Origin: Thermoplasmata archaeon
Lineage (GTDB): Archaea > Thermoplasmatota > Thermoplasmata > UBA10834
Assembly: GCA_041550275.1 (NCBI GenBank)
Contig: JBFEPA010000001.1
Coordinates: 1 to 47,916 of the forward strand
Length of the DNA: 47,916 nucleotides
Reading direction: 5' to 3'
A program made the translations under genes and the position numbers. The first letter of the stretch is position 1. Each line of letters opens with the position of its first letter. A model generated the notes under the pieces. It worked only from the letters and a program-made list of their open reading frames with translations, did no database searches and had not been told where the DNA came from. Shown here in pieces: positions 17,838-28,117 of the stretch.

Positions 17838-18131
17838 CTACTTGAACCCGGCCAGGAAGTCATCTATCGGAATCGCCGACAACGTGTTCGTCTCAAGGGT
17901 TCCGCGGGAGCCCAGGTCCACCATAACCTTTGATATCGTCACATCGTCCGGTGCTTCGAGGATATTGAGGAAGTCGTACTCGCCGAGAAGCGCGTACTGG
18001 TGCAGGATTCGTGCGCCCATCTTCGAGATCTCCTCGTTCACTTCCTTGACGCGTTCTGGCTTGGCTTTGAGCGTCTTCCGTCCCTCATCTGTCAGTTTCG
18101 ACAACACTACGTATACCGCCACTTCGACCAC
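17838..18131 (-). CDS. GYD-domain protein
   Basis: 97 aa with a GTG start. It contains ..LLGEYDFLNILEAPDD.., the GYD family signature. Confidence 0.85.
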   Translation of the reverse strand: MVEVAVYVVLSKLTDEGRKTLKAKPERVKEVNEEISKMGARILHQYALLGEYDFLNILEAPDDVTISKVMVDLGSRGTLETNTLSAIPIDDFLAGFK

Positions 18132-18270
18132 CTACACAACCGCATGAATACCGGCCCTCTTATCTCTTTTGCCGACCAGCGAATGGGCAGGGTCGGATCA
18201 GGTTTCCACCGCTCCGCAGAAGGCCTTAAGTAAGCCGGCGGGGATTGATGACTCACGCGGGAGGGATGAA

Positions 18271-18684
18271 ATGCAGGAGCGGACAGGGAGGATAACCCGC
18301 CTGTGGCTGGCGATGATCCCGGTCTCGGACATGGAGAGGGCTCTGGAGTTCTACAACGAGGTTCTGGGACTGCCGATCGCTCTCGACGCGAGGACGTTCA
18401 ATCATGCAGAGGTCGGTCCAGAGGAGCCGTTGGCCAAGATAGGTTTGCACGCCACCGGAAAGGAGCGCAGTGAGAGGCGAAGGAGCGGTGTGGTGTTCGA
18501 CACAGATGACATCTACGCCCTGCATCAGAGGCTCAGAGAACAGGGAGTCGTCTTCACGCTTGAGCCGACTAAGATGCCTTGGGGTGGGATCGTCGCAGAC
18601 TTCCTCGATCCGGACAACAACGAATTGGAGGTTGTCCAAGATCCTGGACACTACGGACCTGACCGGACCGCGCAGCCTGAATGA
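18271..18684 (+). CDS. VOC-family (glyoxalase/bleomycin-resistance fold) protein
   Basis: 137 aa from the ATG at 18271, with an SD gggaggg upstream. Motifs include PVSDMERALEFYNEVLGL and PWGGIVADFLDPDNNELEV. Confidence 0.85.
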   Translation: MQERTGRITRLWLAMIPVSDMERALEFYNEVLGLPIALDARTFNHAEVGPEEPLAKIGLHATGKERSERRRSGVVFDTDDIYALHQRLREQGVVFTLEPTKMPWGGIVADFLDPDNNELEVVQDPGHYGPDRTAQPE

Positions 18685-18819
18685 GATTGACCGGGAAGAT
18701 CGGTCGGAGGGGAGATAGGCAATCTCCCACGGACTCGTTCGAAGACCCCTATGCGTGCCACCGTCGCCTCGGAGTCTGCCTACTCGGTGACTAGCAGGGA
18801 GAGGCGCACCCAATCGTCC

Positions 18820-20349
18820 CTACGCCGACAGTTCGAGTATGAACTCGTACGCCTCCAGCCCCAGGGTGGTGTCCGATCCCATGAGCGCGGATACGGCTGC
18901 GTCAGTATCTCCATCAGCAATCGCCTCGGCAGCGATCGCCTCCGCCTCCGCGTTCTTCTCGATGGCTCCGGCCTCCCACTCGGTCAACACAGGCGCGAGC
19001 GCTATCCATGCCTCGAACGTCTCCTCCCTGAGCAGGCTCGCGGCCTTCCATACAGTGCCGTCCACATACGCCGAGAGCGTCCCGACGAGCTCTCCTGGCC
19101 GCTCCATGAGGCCGTTGTGGAGGGGGAAGTAGGGCGTATATCCAGGATTGTTGATGGCCGTCCACATGACCGACATGAGGGACGGGTTCTCGGGGTCTAT
19201 CTCGAACACTCCCGCGGCGACGGTTCTGATGTTGCATATCGAGAACCCGGGCCAACCGAAGCCCCATGTGCCCCAGGGCATCTCGTCAAGATGCTCCTCG
19301 ATGATCTCCCAGGGCTGCGAGTTGCCGTAGTCGTCCACATCCCTCGTGAACGACATGAGGTCCTGCGCCGTTACGACGTCGTCGTTCTCCGAGAGCAGTT
19401 CGTAAGCGCGGTCCATCCTGGAGACCGAAGGGACCCAGAAGTACCCGAAGTCCTCGTTCACGACCCAGTCGAAGAACGGCGGCAACGTGTAGTGGTTCGT
19501 GTGCACGGCAACGCCGTCCGTTATCTCCTGCCAAACGGTGTCCTCGCCGTCCTCGGTCTGGTAGCATGACGACACCGCCTCTATGAACGCAGCGGAGTCC
19601 TTGTCAGCGACCATGAGGCTCGTGCCACCGTATTTGTCAACGGCGCGGACGAGCTCGATCGCCTCGTCCACGGTCGAGCACATCTCGAGCACGTGGCGGT
19701 TCAATGGGTTCTCGTCCCAGCCGCCCTCATAGAAGTCGGGCACGGGCACCCAGTTGTTGCCGTCGCTTAGGCCCGCGTCGTTGAGGCCGAATGAGATGCC
19801 CCAGTCACCCGCGCCCGCGACGGCGATGAATCCGTGCCTTCCATCGATCGGCTCGACGACTAGGAGAACGTTCGGGGCGTTCGCGTCCCGCGTCTTCGAC
19901 GCGAGCGTGTTCCCAGTCGCAGAGCCCGTCCCGACGGCGACGAGTATCGTGCAGCCGTCATGGCTTCGAACGGATGAGCCGAACATGTTCATCGCCAGAA
20001 GCTCGCTGAAATCCACGCCCGAGGCGGCTGCCATGGCGCGTATCTCCGTGACCATGTGTTCAGGCATCGATGAGGACAGCGACACGGCCCGAGCGGCCAT
20101 GGCCCGCTTGTCCATTCCTTTGACCGTGGCCTCCTCCCAGAACCCGTTCAGGTTGTCCCTGATCATCGGGCCTACGGCGCTGCCGTAGGCCGTCCCACGC
20201 TCTTCCGGCGTGCCTGAGAGGACCACGATGGGCATCCCGTCGACCACGGGCAAGGTCGCCTCCGCCCCCATGGACCCGACGGGCACGAACACCATGAGAC
20301 ACAACACGGTCGCTACACATACTGCAGACAATACACTAAACGCCCTCAT
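18820..20349 (-). CDS. Secreted C45-family Ntn peptidase / acyltransferase-like protein
   Basis: 509 aa with a signal peptide. LSGTPEERGTAYG and the candidate nucleophile context HDGCTILVAVG..ASKTRD resemble the family of acyl-CoA:6-APA acyltransferase. Confidence 0.7.
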   Translation of the reverse strand: MRAFSVLSAVCVATVLCLMVFVPVGSMGAEATLPVVDGMPIVVLSGTPEERGTAYGSAVGPMIRDNLNGFWEEATVKGMDKRAMAARAVSLSSSMPEHMVTEIRAMAAASGVDFSELLAMNMFGSSVRSHDGCTILVAVGTGSATGNTLASKTRDANAPNVLLVVEPIDGRHGFIAVAGAGDWGISFGLNDAGLSDGNNWVPVPDFYEGGWDENPLNRHVLEMCSTVDEAIELVRAVDKYGGTSLMVADKDSAAFIEAVSSCYQTEDGEDTVWQEITDGVAVHTNHYTLPPFFDWVVNEDFGYFWVPSVSRMDRAYELLSENDDVVTAQDLMSFTRDVDDYGNSQPWEIIEEHLDEMPWGTWGFGWPGFSICNIRTVAAGVFEIDPENPSLMSVMWTAINNPGYTPYFPLHNGLMERPGELVGTLSAYVDGTVWKAASLLREETFEAWIALAPVLTEWEAGAIEKNAEAEAIAAEAIADGDTDAAVSALMGSDTTLGLEAYEFILELSA

Positions 20350-20520
20350 GCGAAACTCCCCCTACCACGCGGGCTTCCGGCCGGTCGACTTGCTCGGCGG
20401 AGCTGCCCGCGCTCCGATGCCCTGACCGTAGTACGTGATAGAAATCGGTTGCGGTCAGTGCAATCGTCGGACGCGGCGTCGGAGCGCCGAACTGCCTTTC
20501 GACCTGGTCCTCCGGGACCG

Positions 20521-20605
20521 ACGAGGATAGGCGATGGAAGAGTGTATATCCTGGTGCGAAAAATCTGATCGAGAAACGGCTAGACACCGCCGCGTGCACA
20601 CGGAT
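20521..20605 (+). repeat. Intergenic modular repeat, copy R10
   Basis: acgaggataggcgatggaagagtgtatatcctggtgcgaaaaatctgatcgagaaacggctagacaccgccgcgtgcacacgg aligns to R7 at about 75%. Confidence 0.7.
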
Positions 20606-20617
20606 CAGTGGGCCGAC

Positions 20618-22090
20618 TCAGTATTTCGCGAGGAGTTTCTTCGACTCCTCCTTCACAACCCTATCGAGTTCCGTCTCCACATCCTTCTCAAGCGGCGTCA
20701 CAACATGCTCCCTGAGGATCCTCCTGACATGGTCTTTGGCAGTATCCTGAATCGGCTTGAAGCCCTCTTTCGCTGCTCTATCGGAACTCCGCTTGTCCCA
20801 AAGCGGCGAAACCCGCAACTCCCCCTTGCGGATGTTGTCCATCGTGTGAGGTTCGGCGAGGAAGTTGCCCATGTGGCCCACCTTGTCTATCAGATTCATC
20901 GCGAGACCTCCTTCATCCACACGGATCCCTCGCAGAATCCTCGCGACATCGTTGAACATTTCGTTGTTTATGACCATCATCTCGAGACTGCTAGCGCCTT
21001 CCCACCCACCTCCAAGTCCGGAGATGCTGTCCGGTCCGGCCAGGGCGGGCATCAAGACGGTCATCATCTGCTCGAATCCCATCTGCATGTCCCACCTGGT
21101 GATATCGGATGACATGCCATTGGCGTCGGATACCATCCCGTACCTGTGAGCCATCTGCACTAGGGCCGCAGACACAAGGCCTTCCTCGGGAACTCCCCAC
21201 AGGTCCCTTCCCGAGCGGGGGTCCATGATGCAGACCCTGCCCGAGTAGACGGTGGGCAAGCTGGTGGTTACCGTCTGCATCAGCATGATACCTCCGAACT
21301 GTTCCGCGTTCTGCTGTGCCAACGCCCCGCTCAGAGTCACTGGTCCCGTCTCTCCGCAGATCGGGCAGGGAATGATGGTGAACGGGATTCCCTGCTCGAC
21401 GCTCCGCAGAAGAACTTCGCAGTTATCGTCTGCAAACGTGAGAGGGCTGCTGGGGGACCCGCCGAGGCTGAATAACGGTCTCTTCCGAAGCTCCTCTACT
21501 CCTCCTGATACACAGGCCCACATCTTCACGAGGGAATCGACCGTTTCCTCGTTCGGAGCGTACCCGCCGGCCGCCTTTCCCGAGTTCTTCATGGCCGCCT
21601 CCATTGTCTTCAGAACCAGCAGTTCCGGCGGAACATCATTCGCCATCACGAGGCTGGATGCCATGTGGTTGTTCTCGAGAGCATCGCCGAGCTTGGCTGC
21701 CATCTCAACGTCCTCGTAGGTCGAGTGTCTCGGTCGACCTGTCTCAAGGTCGACTATATGTGGGTCGCCTCCGCCTGCGCACGGGAACATGTGCTCCCCG
21801 TCATACTCGATATCCCATATTCTGTCTCGGGCAGGGAATATGTTACGATGGGTGATCTTGCCGATCGCATCCTCGACCATGGATCTAGGGAAGGTGATGA
21901 CTCCCTTCCTCGTCGGATGAGCTGCAGCACCTGCATTCAGAAGCCTCTTCCTGGCATCCTCGCTGTCGTACCTGATACCAGTCCTCTCCAGTATTCTCAG
22001 GGAGGCCTCGTGTATCATGTCGACCTGGTCATCGGTCAAAACCTTCAGTCTTGAATTCGGATTGAGTTTGATCCCTCTCACTGACATCAT
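20618..22090 (-). CDS. MttB-superfamily methyltransferase, non-pyrrolysine (paralog 1)
   Basis: 490 aa. The N-terminus LTDDQVDMIHEASLRILERTGIRYDSEDARKRLLNAGA is typical of the trimethylamine methyltransferase family. The frame is uninterrupted, with no in-frame TAG. Its ATG overlaps the stop of the upstream permease gene (22087-22090). Confidence 0.9.
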   Translation of the reverse strand: MMSVRGIKLNPNSRLKVLTDDQVDMIHEASLRILERTGIRYDSEDARKRLLNAGAAAHPTRKGVITFPRSMVEDAIGKITHRNIFPARDRIWDIEYDGEHMFPCAGGGDPHIVDLETGRPRHSTYEDVEMAAKLGDALENNHMASSLVMANDVPPELLVLKTMEAAMKNSGKAAGGYAPNEETVDSLVKMWACVSGGVEELRKRPLFSLGGSPSSPLTFADDNCEVLLRSVEQGIPFTIIPCPICGETGPVTLSGALAQQNAEQFGGIMLMQTVTTSLPTVYSGRVCIMDPRSGRDLWGVPEEGLVSAALVQMAHRYGMVSDANGMSSDITRWDMQMGFEQMMTVLMPALAGPDSISGLGGGWEGASSLEMMVINNEMFNDVARILRGIRVDEGGLAMNLIDKVGHMGNFLAEPHTMDNIRKGELRVSPLWDKRSSDRAAKEGFKPIQDTAKDHVRRILREHVVTPLEKDVETELDRVVKEESKKLLAKY

Positions 22091-23040
22091 CTCTTCCGCA
22101 GCTTTGGATTGAAGATTTCGTCAAGCGCGTAACCGATGAAAGTGAAACCCATTACCAGAAAGACTATGCAGAGCCCCGGCATGATCACCCATAGATAGAA
22201 GCCGTTGTACATTGCGTCAGCATTCAGCGCATCCTCAAGCATGTTGCCCCATGTGACGTCTACCGTCGCGGCGGCTCCCATCCCGAGGAAGCTGAGGGCG
22301 CTTTCGGAAAGGATCGCCAGCGCTACAGTGAGGATTGCATTCGCGAATATCAACGGAAACACATTCGGAAATATGTGCTTTCTGATGATGTGGAACTCCC
22401 CTGCCCCAACGGATCTCGCCCTCTCGACGAAAGCCCTCTTCTTGACAGACAGAACCTGAGTTCGCACTATCCTCGCAGTGCCAGCCCAACCAGTTATGCC
22501 TATCACGAGAATGATCTTCCATACGCTGGGTCCTCCGGGAAGGACCGCCGCAAACACGATCATCAGCACCAGCCAAGGCAGCACCAGGAAGACATCGGTG
22601 ACCCTCATCAAGACCTCGTCTCTCCAACCGCCCCAGAATCCGCTCAGAAGGCCGACAATCGAACCCAGCACCATGGAAACGGCAGCGGCTAGGACGCCAA
22701 TCATTAGAGAAATTCTAGCTCCATATACCACCCTGGCAAGGACGTCATTTCCTCGAGAATCCGTTCCAAATGGGTGTTCTGGTGATGGATCGGTGCCTGT
22801 TCCGAATGAGGCCACCTCATCATGCGGACCATAGGGATAGTCCAGACTTCCAACCGTCGAGAAGACCCACATGATTTGCGCTGGGAACGCCGCCATCGCG
22901 GCGAATACGATGAGTATCGTGAGCCCGAGCATGCCCATCCGGTTTCTCCTGAACACTCGTCCTGTGTCTGCAACCTTCTTGCGGATGAGCCCCATCCTTT
23001 CTGCGAATGGCCCGGACAACGCGAAATTCGTCTCAATCAC
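22087..23040 (-). CDS. ABC transporter permease, OppC/DppC-type
   Basis: 317 aa with a GTG start and six TM segments. The EAA-like loop reads FVERARSVGAGEFHIIRKHIFPN. Confidence 0.9.
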   Translation of the reverse strand: MIETNFALSGPFAERMGLIRKKVADTGRVFRRNRMGMLGLTILIVFAAMAAFPAQIMWVFSTVGSLDYPYGPHDEVASFGTGTDPSPEHPFGTDSRGNDVLARVVYGARISLMIGVLAAAVSMVLGSIVGLLSGFWGGWRDEVLMRVTDVFLVLPWLVLMIVFAAVLPGGPSVWKIILVIGITGWAGTARIVRTQVLSVKKRAFVERARSVGAGEFHIIRKHIFPNVFPLIFANAILTVALAILSESALSFLGMGAAATVDVTWGNMLEDALNADAMYNGFYLWVIMPGLCIVFLVMGFTFIGYALDEIFNPKLRKR

Positions 23041-23051
23041 CTTTCATCAGT

Positions 23052-24032
23052 TCAACTCAACTCCACACGAGGGTCCAAATACATCATTACAATGTCCGAG
23101 ACGAAGTTGGCGATTATCACAGCGACCGCTATTATGAAGAACGCAGCTTGGAGTACTGGCCAATCCTCTTCGTTGACCGCGTCTATCGTCGCCCACCCCA
23201 CTCCAGGGTACTCGAAAACCCATTCCACCATGAACGCCCCGCCAACGATGTACGCAACGGTTAGTGCAATCAGTATGAGCATCGGCAACATTGCGTTTGG
23301 CACAGCATGATCCTTCAATACTTCCTTTTCAGTCAGGCCTTTTGCTCTCGCAGTGGTTATGTAGTCCTCCGTCATCACATCAGATAGAGAGCCACGCATC
23401 ACGAGGGAGAATGTCGCAATGTACACGAGCACTAGACAGACCACGGGCAAAACCAAGTGGTGCAGGAGATCCATAACTGATGCAAGGGTGAATTCGAATT
23501 TTTCCCCAATATCCAGGCTTCTGGAAGCTGGGAAGATCTCCCACGTTTCGGCAAACACCATTACCATTATCATGGCGAGCCAGAATGTGGGCATTGCATA
23601 GAAGAAGAGCGAGAATGCAAGAGATCCGGAGTCAAACAAACCGCCTCGCTTCCACGCTGCAAGAATCCCAATGAGCATGCCAATCACAATCATGAAGACT
23701 GAGGCAATGCCAACAAGGAGCAGAGTCCATGGAATGTACTCGAAGAGGTAATCCATCGCCGGAACCTTGTGTTCGAACGACTCGCCGAAATCAAGAGTGA
23801 AGACACCCTTGATGTATATGATGAACTGCTCGGACATAGAGTCGTCCAGGTTGTATCTTTCGATTAGCATCTTCTTGTACTCATCGGGAATCTTGGGGTC
23901 AGACGGAACCATGAACTGCAACGGGTCGCCAGGCATCATCCGAAAGAGTACGAAATTGATGCATATCACTAGGAGAAACGTGATGAACAGGCTTATGACT
24001 CTCCTTAGTAGTATTCGCCTGAAGTTTCTCAT
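23052..24032 (-). CDS. ABC transporter permease, OppB/DppB-type
   Basis: 326 aa. The N-terminus LLRRVISLFITFLLVICINFVLFRMMPGDP and the loop YITTARAKGLTEKEVLKDHAVPNA are typical of binding-protein-dependent system permeases. Confidence 0.9.
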   Translation of the reverse strand: MRNFRRILLRRVISLFITFLLVICINFVLFRMMPGDPLQFMVPSDPKIPDEYKKMLIERYNLDDSMSEQFIIYIKGVFTLDFGESFEHKVPAMDYLFEYIPWTLLLVGIASVFMIVIGMLIGILAAWKRGGLFDSGSLAFSLFFYAMPTFWLAMIMVMVFAETWEIFPASRSLDIGEKFEFTLASVMDLLHHLVLPVVCLVLVYIATFSLVMRGSLSDVMTEDYITTARAKGLTEKEVLKDHAVPNAMLPMLILIALTVAYIVGGAFMVEWVFEYPGVGWATIDAVNEEDWPVLQAAFFIIAVAVIIANFVSDIVMMYLDPRVELS

Positions 24033-24131
24033 GCGTTGGCTCCACTCGTCAAACTCGTGTCTCAGTCTGCGATGTTGTCATCTCGCGGAAATGGTCAATT
24101 GAAAGGGTTTGAGGGGGGTTGTGCGACCTGT

Positions 24132-27100
24132 CTACTCCTCAGGAGATTCCGGCGGCGGTTCATCCATCTGTTCGGGAGACGATTCATCCTCCGGAAGCTC
24201 CGGTTCTGAACCTTTCTTCCGCTTCAAGAGAAGAGCGGCGACCGCCACCGCTGCAATGATCGCGAGTAGTCCTACCGCGGCAATCGCAACGGTGCTCAAT
24301 CCCCCGTCATCCCCCTCCTCGTCCGGAATCGGGTCGATGGTCAGCGAGATGGTTCTTTCACTCCACGCCGGATCTTCATGGTCCTTATCGTCCTCCACCC
24401 AGATCTTCACATCGAAATCTCCGCTGGTGGTGTATGTATGTGTCAGTTCCACCGTGAAGTTTTCGCTGCTGCCCATATTGTTGACCGTTTCCTCAGTCAC
24501 GTCCTGCGAGTCTCCGAAGATAATCTTCACGACCATCGGGTCACCCTCTGGGTCGCTGACGTTCAGGGTGAACGTTATCTCGACACCGACCGTGGTGTTC
24601 TCGGTTGGGCTGTATTTCGGTAGTTCGTTGATGGTCGGTTTGAGGTTGCTGCCAACGGTTACCTGAGCGGTCTTGGACACATTGTGGCCCGGCTCCGGGA
24701 TGCCGTCATCCACATACGCCTTCAGAGTGAAGATCGCTACCTCATGGTACTCATGCGAAGCCGCGTAGTCGACGTCTCCCTCAGTCATTGGGGAGCCATC
24801 TCCCCAGTCGTACCAGACCGTGAGGTCGTCGCCATCAGCATCCGAGACCACCATCGGCGTGATGGTGAAGGTTTCGTTGTACATCGCGGAGTAGCTCCCT
24901 GCGAGCTGAATGCTCGGCGGCGAGTTCTCCGGCGGCTCCTCGACCAACAGCTCGAAGGTCTTGCTGACATTGAACGTTCCGTCGTTCACATGCACCGTCA
25001 CAGTATAGGTGTCCACATCGACGTAGGTGTGTACCGCAAGGACGGACTGAGGCCCCGTCGTGCCGCCAACGGTGGAGTCCGTGTATTCCTCACCGTCTCC
25101 GAACTCCACGGTGATCGTCAGGGCGTCTCCGTCGCCGTCGGCTGCCCTCACGACCATCTCGACCGGTTGTCCCTGAATGGCCGGGTCAGGATCCGCAATC
25201 AGCTGAACGCTGCTCGGCGCGAGGGGCCCATCCAGCGATACGACGACTTCGACCGTCGAGGAGATGTTGTGCCCGGACTCACCCGTGAGGTCATCGACCC
25301 ATACCGTTACCGAGTACGTGGCGGGCGTATCCCACATGTGCCACACGTCGTCGATGACGACGGCATTCGGGTTCGACGAAGTGTCGTACTCCGTCACATT
25401 GAACGTACCATCGTCCCACTCCCATGTGAACCGCAGTGTGTCCGTGTCGGCGTCCCTGGCCGTCGCGCTCAACGAGGTCCATATGTCCACATTGGTGGCG
25501 ACGTCAGCGACTGTCAACGAATAAGGCGGCGAGTTCGCAATCACAGAGTAGGTCGCGAACGTGAAGGAATTGTTGTGGCCTGGCGCGTCGTAGCCGTCAT
25601 TCACCCACACTGTGACGTCGTAGTCTCCAGGATTATCGAACACGTGTGCCTGCTCAATCTGTATGGGTTCCCCGGGCGCGCCTGCTGTTTCGGTTGTGGT
25701 CGTGAACGACCCGTCGTCCCAGTCCCAAGTCACCGTGAGCCCGGCCTCCTCGGCATCGCTCGCAGTGATCGACCATGTCGTCGTCTCTCCGATATACGCC
25801 TCAGGTGGTGAGCATGACGGGGCACTGATCGTCGGCACTTGGTTGGATAGCGTAACAACATCTACCAACGCTGTGCTGTTCCTGACGTACGTGCCGTCCG
25901 TCACTGAGACTGTCAGTACCAGATCGCTCGCCAAGGTATCGTAGCTGTGACTGACGCTTGCCTCGAATGATGTGTCGGTTCCCGTGTCGTATGTGTCGAC
26001 CTCCTCGGGGCTGCCATCACCGAAGATCCATGTGACTTCGAGTGCGTCTCCATCCGAGTCGTGTATCATCACGGAGAAGGGGGTTTCCTGATCCCGTAGC
26101 ACCTCGTATGAGGGGGCGAGTCCTATGTCAAATGCCGGCACTCCCTTTGGCTCGATCTCGAAATAGTACCAGAACGAACTAGGAGTTACTCCGGAGTTGA
26201 TTTCCATGTCGGGGACGTTCTCGTAGTTGTCAGTCCGGTAGGCAATCAGGCCGGCCGGATACACAAGGCAGATGTACGGGCAGTCCCGATACACCATCCG
26301 CTGCATCTCGTGGACTATCGCCTGTCGCTCGAAGATATCCATCGTTTCCTGCTGTTCCACCCACAGCTGGTCGTACACAGGGTTCGAGTAGAAAGCATCG
26401 GACCATTTGGTGTTGTCGCTATTGTCCACGGGTATCTCATCCGTGGTCAACACGGACAGGAACCATGTTGGGTCGACGTCGGGCCACCAGCTCCAGATGA
26501 ACAGGTCGTACTCCATTTCGAACTCTAGGTTGTATAAGATTCCCTCGGAGGTAGCGTGTAGGTTGGCTTTGACGCCAATATCCACCCACCATTCCTGCAT
26601 CTTCTGGGCAGTTAGTTCGTCCATGAGGTTCGAGCGGATGTAATAGAACTCGAACTCCAGCCTCGCCCCGCTCGTCTCGTTCATCCTGACGCCATCAGTA
26701 TCGAACTGACCGTAGCCAGCTCTGTCGAGGAGGGCGTTCGCACCTTCGATGCCGAAATTATGCCACTTATCCTCCTCAGGTACCGCGTAGTGCCAGAAAG
26801 GCGTCGCCGGCGGTATTATTGCATAGGCTTCCTGAGCCCTGCCATCATGGATCTCATCCGCGATGTACGGTATGTCCGTGGCCATCGTCATCGCCTGCCT
26901 GACCGACAGGTTGCAGGTCTCGTAATTGGTCGAAGCATCGGGGAAGTTGCGGTCTCCATCCTCATTGACGGACTCCCTCCATTCTTTAGATGCACAATTG
27001 AATCCGAATTCTTCAAGGATGTGTGTCGCAGGCGTCTGCCCATCAACATCTGGGTTCTCCATGAGGGTTTCCCATGAGAGCGTTGGTACGCCGTCAACTG

Positions 27101-27968
27101 CTTCGATCTCCCCTAGCTCGAGATCAGTAACCATCGCATTGGCGTTCTTGTATATGATGAAAAGCAGCTCGTCGATATTGACAGAGTCGACTTCGATACC
27201 TGGAAGGCGGTGGTACGGTTTTTGAGCGAGAAGACTGATGTAGCCCTGAGCCTGGTTGTATTCGTTCAGAATGAACGGACCAGAGCCGACGGGGCCATCC
27301 GGAAAGTAATCCGTATCCCACATATCCACCCGATTGATTCCGACATCACCATCTCTTACCGCAGTCCAGCGGTGCTCCGGGAGGATCGGGACTATCAAGG
27401 ATAGCATATTGGCTTTCGGGTTCAACAGACTTACCTCAACGGTGTGGGTGTCAAGCGCGACAACATCATCGAAGCCGTCTAGATAGCCAGCCATAAGTGA
27501 ACATTCTTTTGGATTATCCATAATCATTTTGAAAGTGAAGACGACGTCGTGTGCCGTTACGGGATATCCGTCGTGCCAGTACGAATCCTCAACGAGATGG
27601 TAGGTCCAAGTCAGATTGTCATCGCTAACTTCATGCGACGCTGCAAGTTGTGGATATGGGTCCATCCTCGGGCCAACGGCATAGAGGAACTCATACATCA
27701 TGTGCGCGACAGACCATGACGTGCCAGACATCATATCGAACGGGTTGAAGGAGTCTGGGTCTTCCGTCACCCCTATTCTGTACACAAAAACTGGTTCTTC
27801 GGCTTCAACCGACGGAGCTGTCACAACAAGCGTTGCCAGCACCGGGAGCAGCATGCACATGGCAATCATGATGGCCGCGAAGCCGTGCAGTCTGCCTTCA
27901 CCAAACAAGCCTGACAAGACTCTCGATTCTTTTCCCGCAGTATGCATATGTGCCTTCGGTGGATGCAT
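24132..27968 (-). CDS. Family-5 (OppA-like) solute-binding protein fused to six PKD-like domains and a C-terminal membrane anchor
   Basis: 1,278 aa. A signal/anchor is followed by an SBP_bac_5-like region (about aa 58-610: RIGVTEDPDSFNPF.., PFILNEY). Six Ig-like repeats each carry a W.(F/W)GDG-type motif (WIFGDGS, WDWDDGS, WEWDDGT, VEFGDGE, YDWGDGS, IIFGDSQ). A TM helix and an acidic tail follow. Confidence 0.9.
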   Translation of the reverse strand: MHPPKAHMHTAGKESRVLSGLFGEGRLHGFAAIMIAMCMLLPVLATLVVTAPSVEAEEPVFVYRIGVTEDPDSFNPFDMMSGTSWSVAHMMYEFLYAVGPRMDPYPQLAASHEVSDDNLTWTYHLVEDSYWHDGYPVTAHDVVFTFKMIMDNPKECSLMAGYLDGFDDVVALDTHTVEVSLLNPKANMLSLIVPILPEHRWTAVRDGDVGINRVDMWDTDYFPDGPVGSGPFILNEYNQAQGYISLLAQKPYHRLPGIEVDSVNIDELLFIIYKNANAMVTDLELGEIEAVDGVPTLSWETLMENPDVDGQTPATHILEEFGFNCASKEWRESVNEDGDRNFPDASTNYETCNLSVRQAMTMATDIPYIADEIHDGRAQEAYAIIPPATPFWHYAVPEEDKWHNFGIEGANALLDRAGYGQFDTDGVRMNETSGARLEFEFYYIRSNLMDELTAQKMQEWWVDIGVKANLHATSEGILYNLEFEMEYDLFIWSWWPDVDPTWFLSVLTTDEIPVDNSDNTKWSDAFYSNPVYDQLWVEQQETMDIFERQAIVHEMQRMVYRDCPYICLVYPAGLIAYRTDNYENVPDMEINSGVTPSSFWYYFEIEPKGVPAFDIGLAPSYEVLRDQETPFSVMIHDSDGDALEVTWIFGDGSPEEVDTYDTGTDTSFEASVSHSYDTLASDLVLTVSVTDGTYVRNSTALVDVVTLSNQVPTISAPSCSPPEAYIGETTTWSITASDAEEAGLTVTWDWDDGSFTTTTETAGAPGEPIQIEQAHVFDNPGDYDVTVWVNDGYDAPGHNNSFTFATYSVIANSPPYSLTVADVATNVDIWTSLSATARDADTDTLRFTWEWDDGTFNVTEYDTSSNPNAVVIDDVWHMWDTPATYSVTVWVDDLTGESGHNISSTVEVVVSLDGPLAPSSVQLIADPDPAIQGQPVEMVVRAADGDGDALTITVEFGDGEEYTDSTVGGTTGPQSVLAVHTYVDVDTYTVTVHVNDGTFNVSKTFELLVEEPPENSPPSIQLAGSYSAMYNETFTITPMVVSDADGDDLTVWYDWGDGSPMTEGDVDYAASHEYHEVAIFTLKAYVDDGIPEPGHNVSKTAQVTVGSNLKPTINELPKYSPTENTTVGVEITFTLNVSDPEGDPMVVKIIFGDSQDVTEETVNNMGSSENFTVELTHTYTTSGDFDVKIWVEDDKDHEDPAWSERTISLTIDPIPDEEGDDGGLSTVAIAAVGLLAIIAAVAVAALLLKRKKGSEPELPEDESSPEQMDEPPPESPEE

Positions 27969-28117
27969 TTGGTTCCCCCCTCTCTACTGGCCCCCCTAAG
28001 GAGGCTCTACCTCAGCGACAAAGGATGTTAACCATTATAAAGCTTATTCTATCGCCATAAGTAACAGTTATATAATCGAACATAGTTCGCGAGTTGAACT
28101 GCAGGAGGTTGTTGATC
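27969..28117. promoter_or_regulatory. Divergent promoter region; TATA-like ttatataa (28068-28075) for MttB paralog 2 and tttataat (complement of 28034-28041) for the binding-protein operon
   Basis: The two A/T octamers lie about 45 nt and about 70 nt upstream of the respective start codons. SD-like GGAGG (28104-28108) and GAGGGGGG (complement near 27975-27985) are present. Confidence 0.45.

Noticed and set aside
24684-25811. 375-aa ORF antisense to the PKD region; also 40753-41835, 18751-19569, 31573-32163, 28049-28576, 46826-47569, 36134-36673 and 9477-9968
   Set aside because: These are Arg/Pro/Val-rich translations lying opposite well-supported genes. They are typical open antisense frames of G+C-rich coding sequence.
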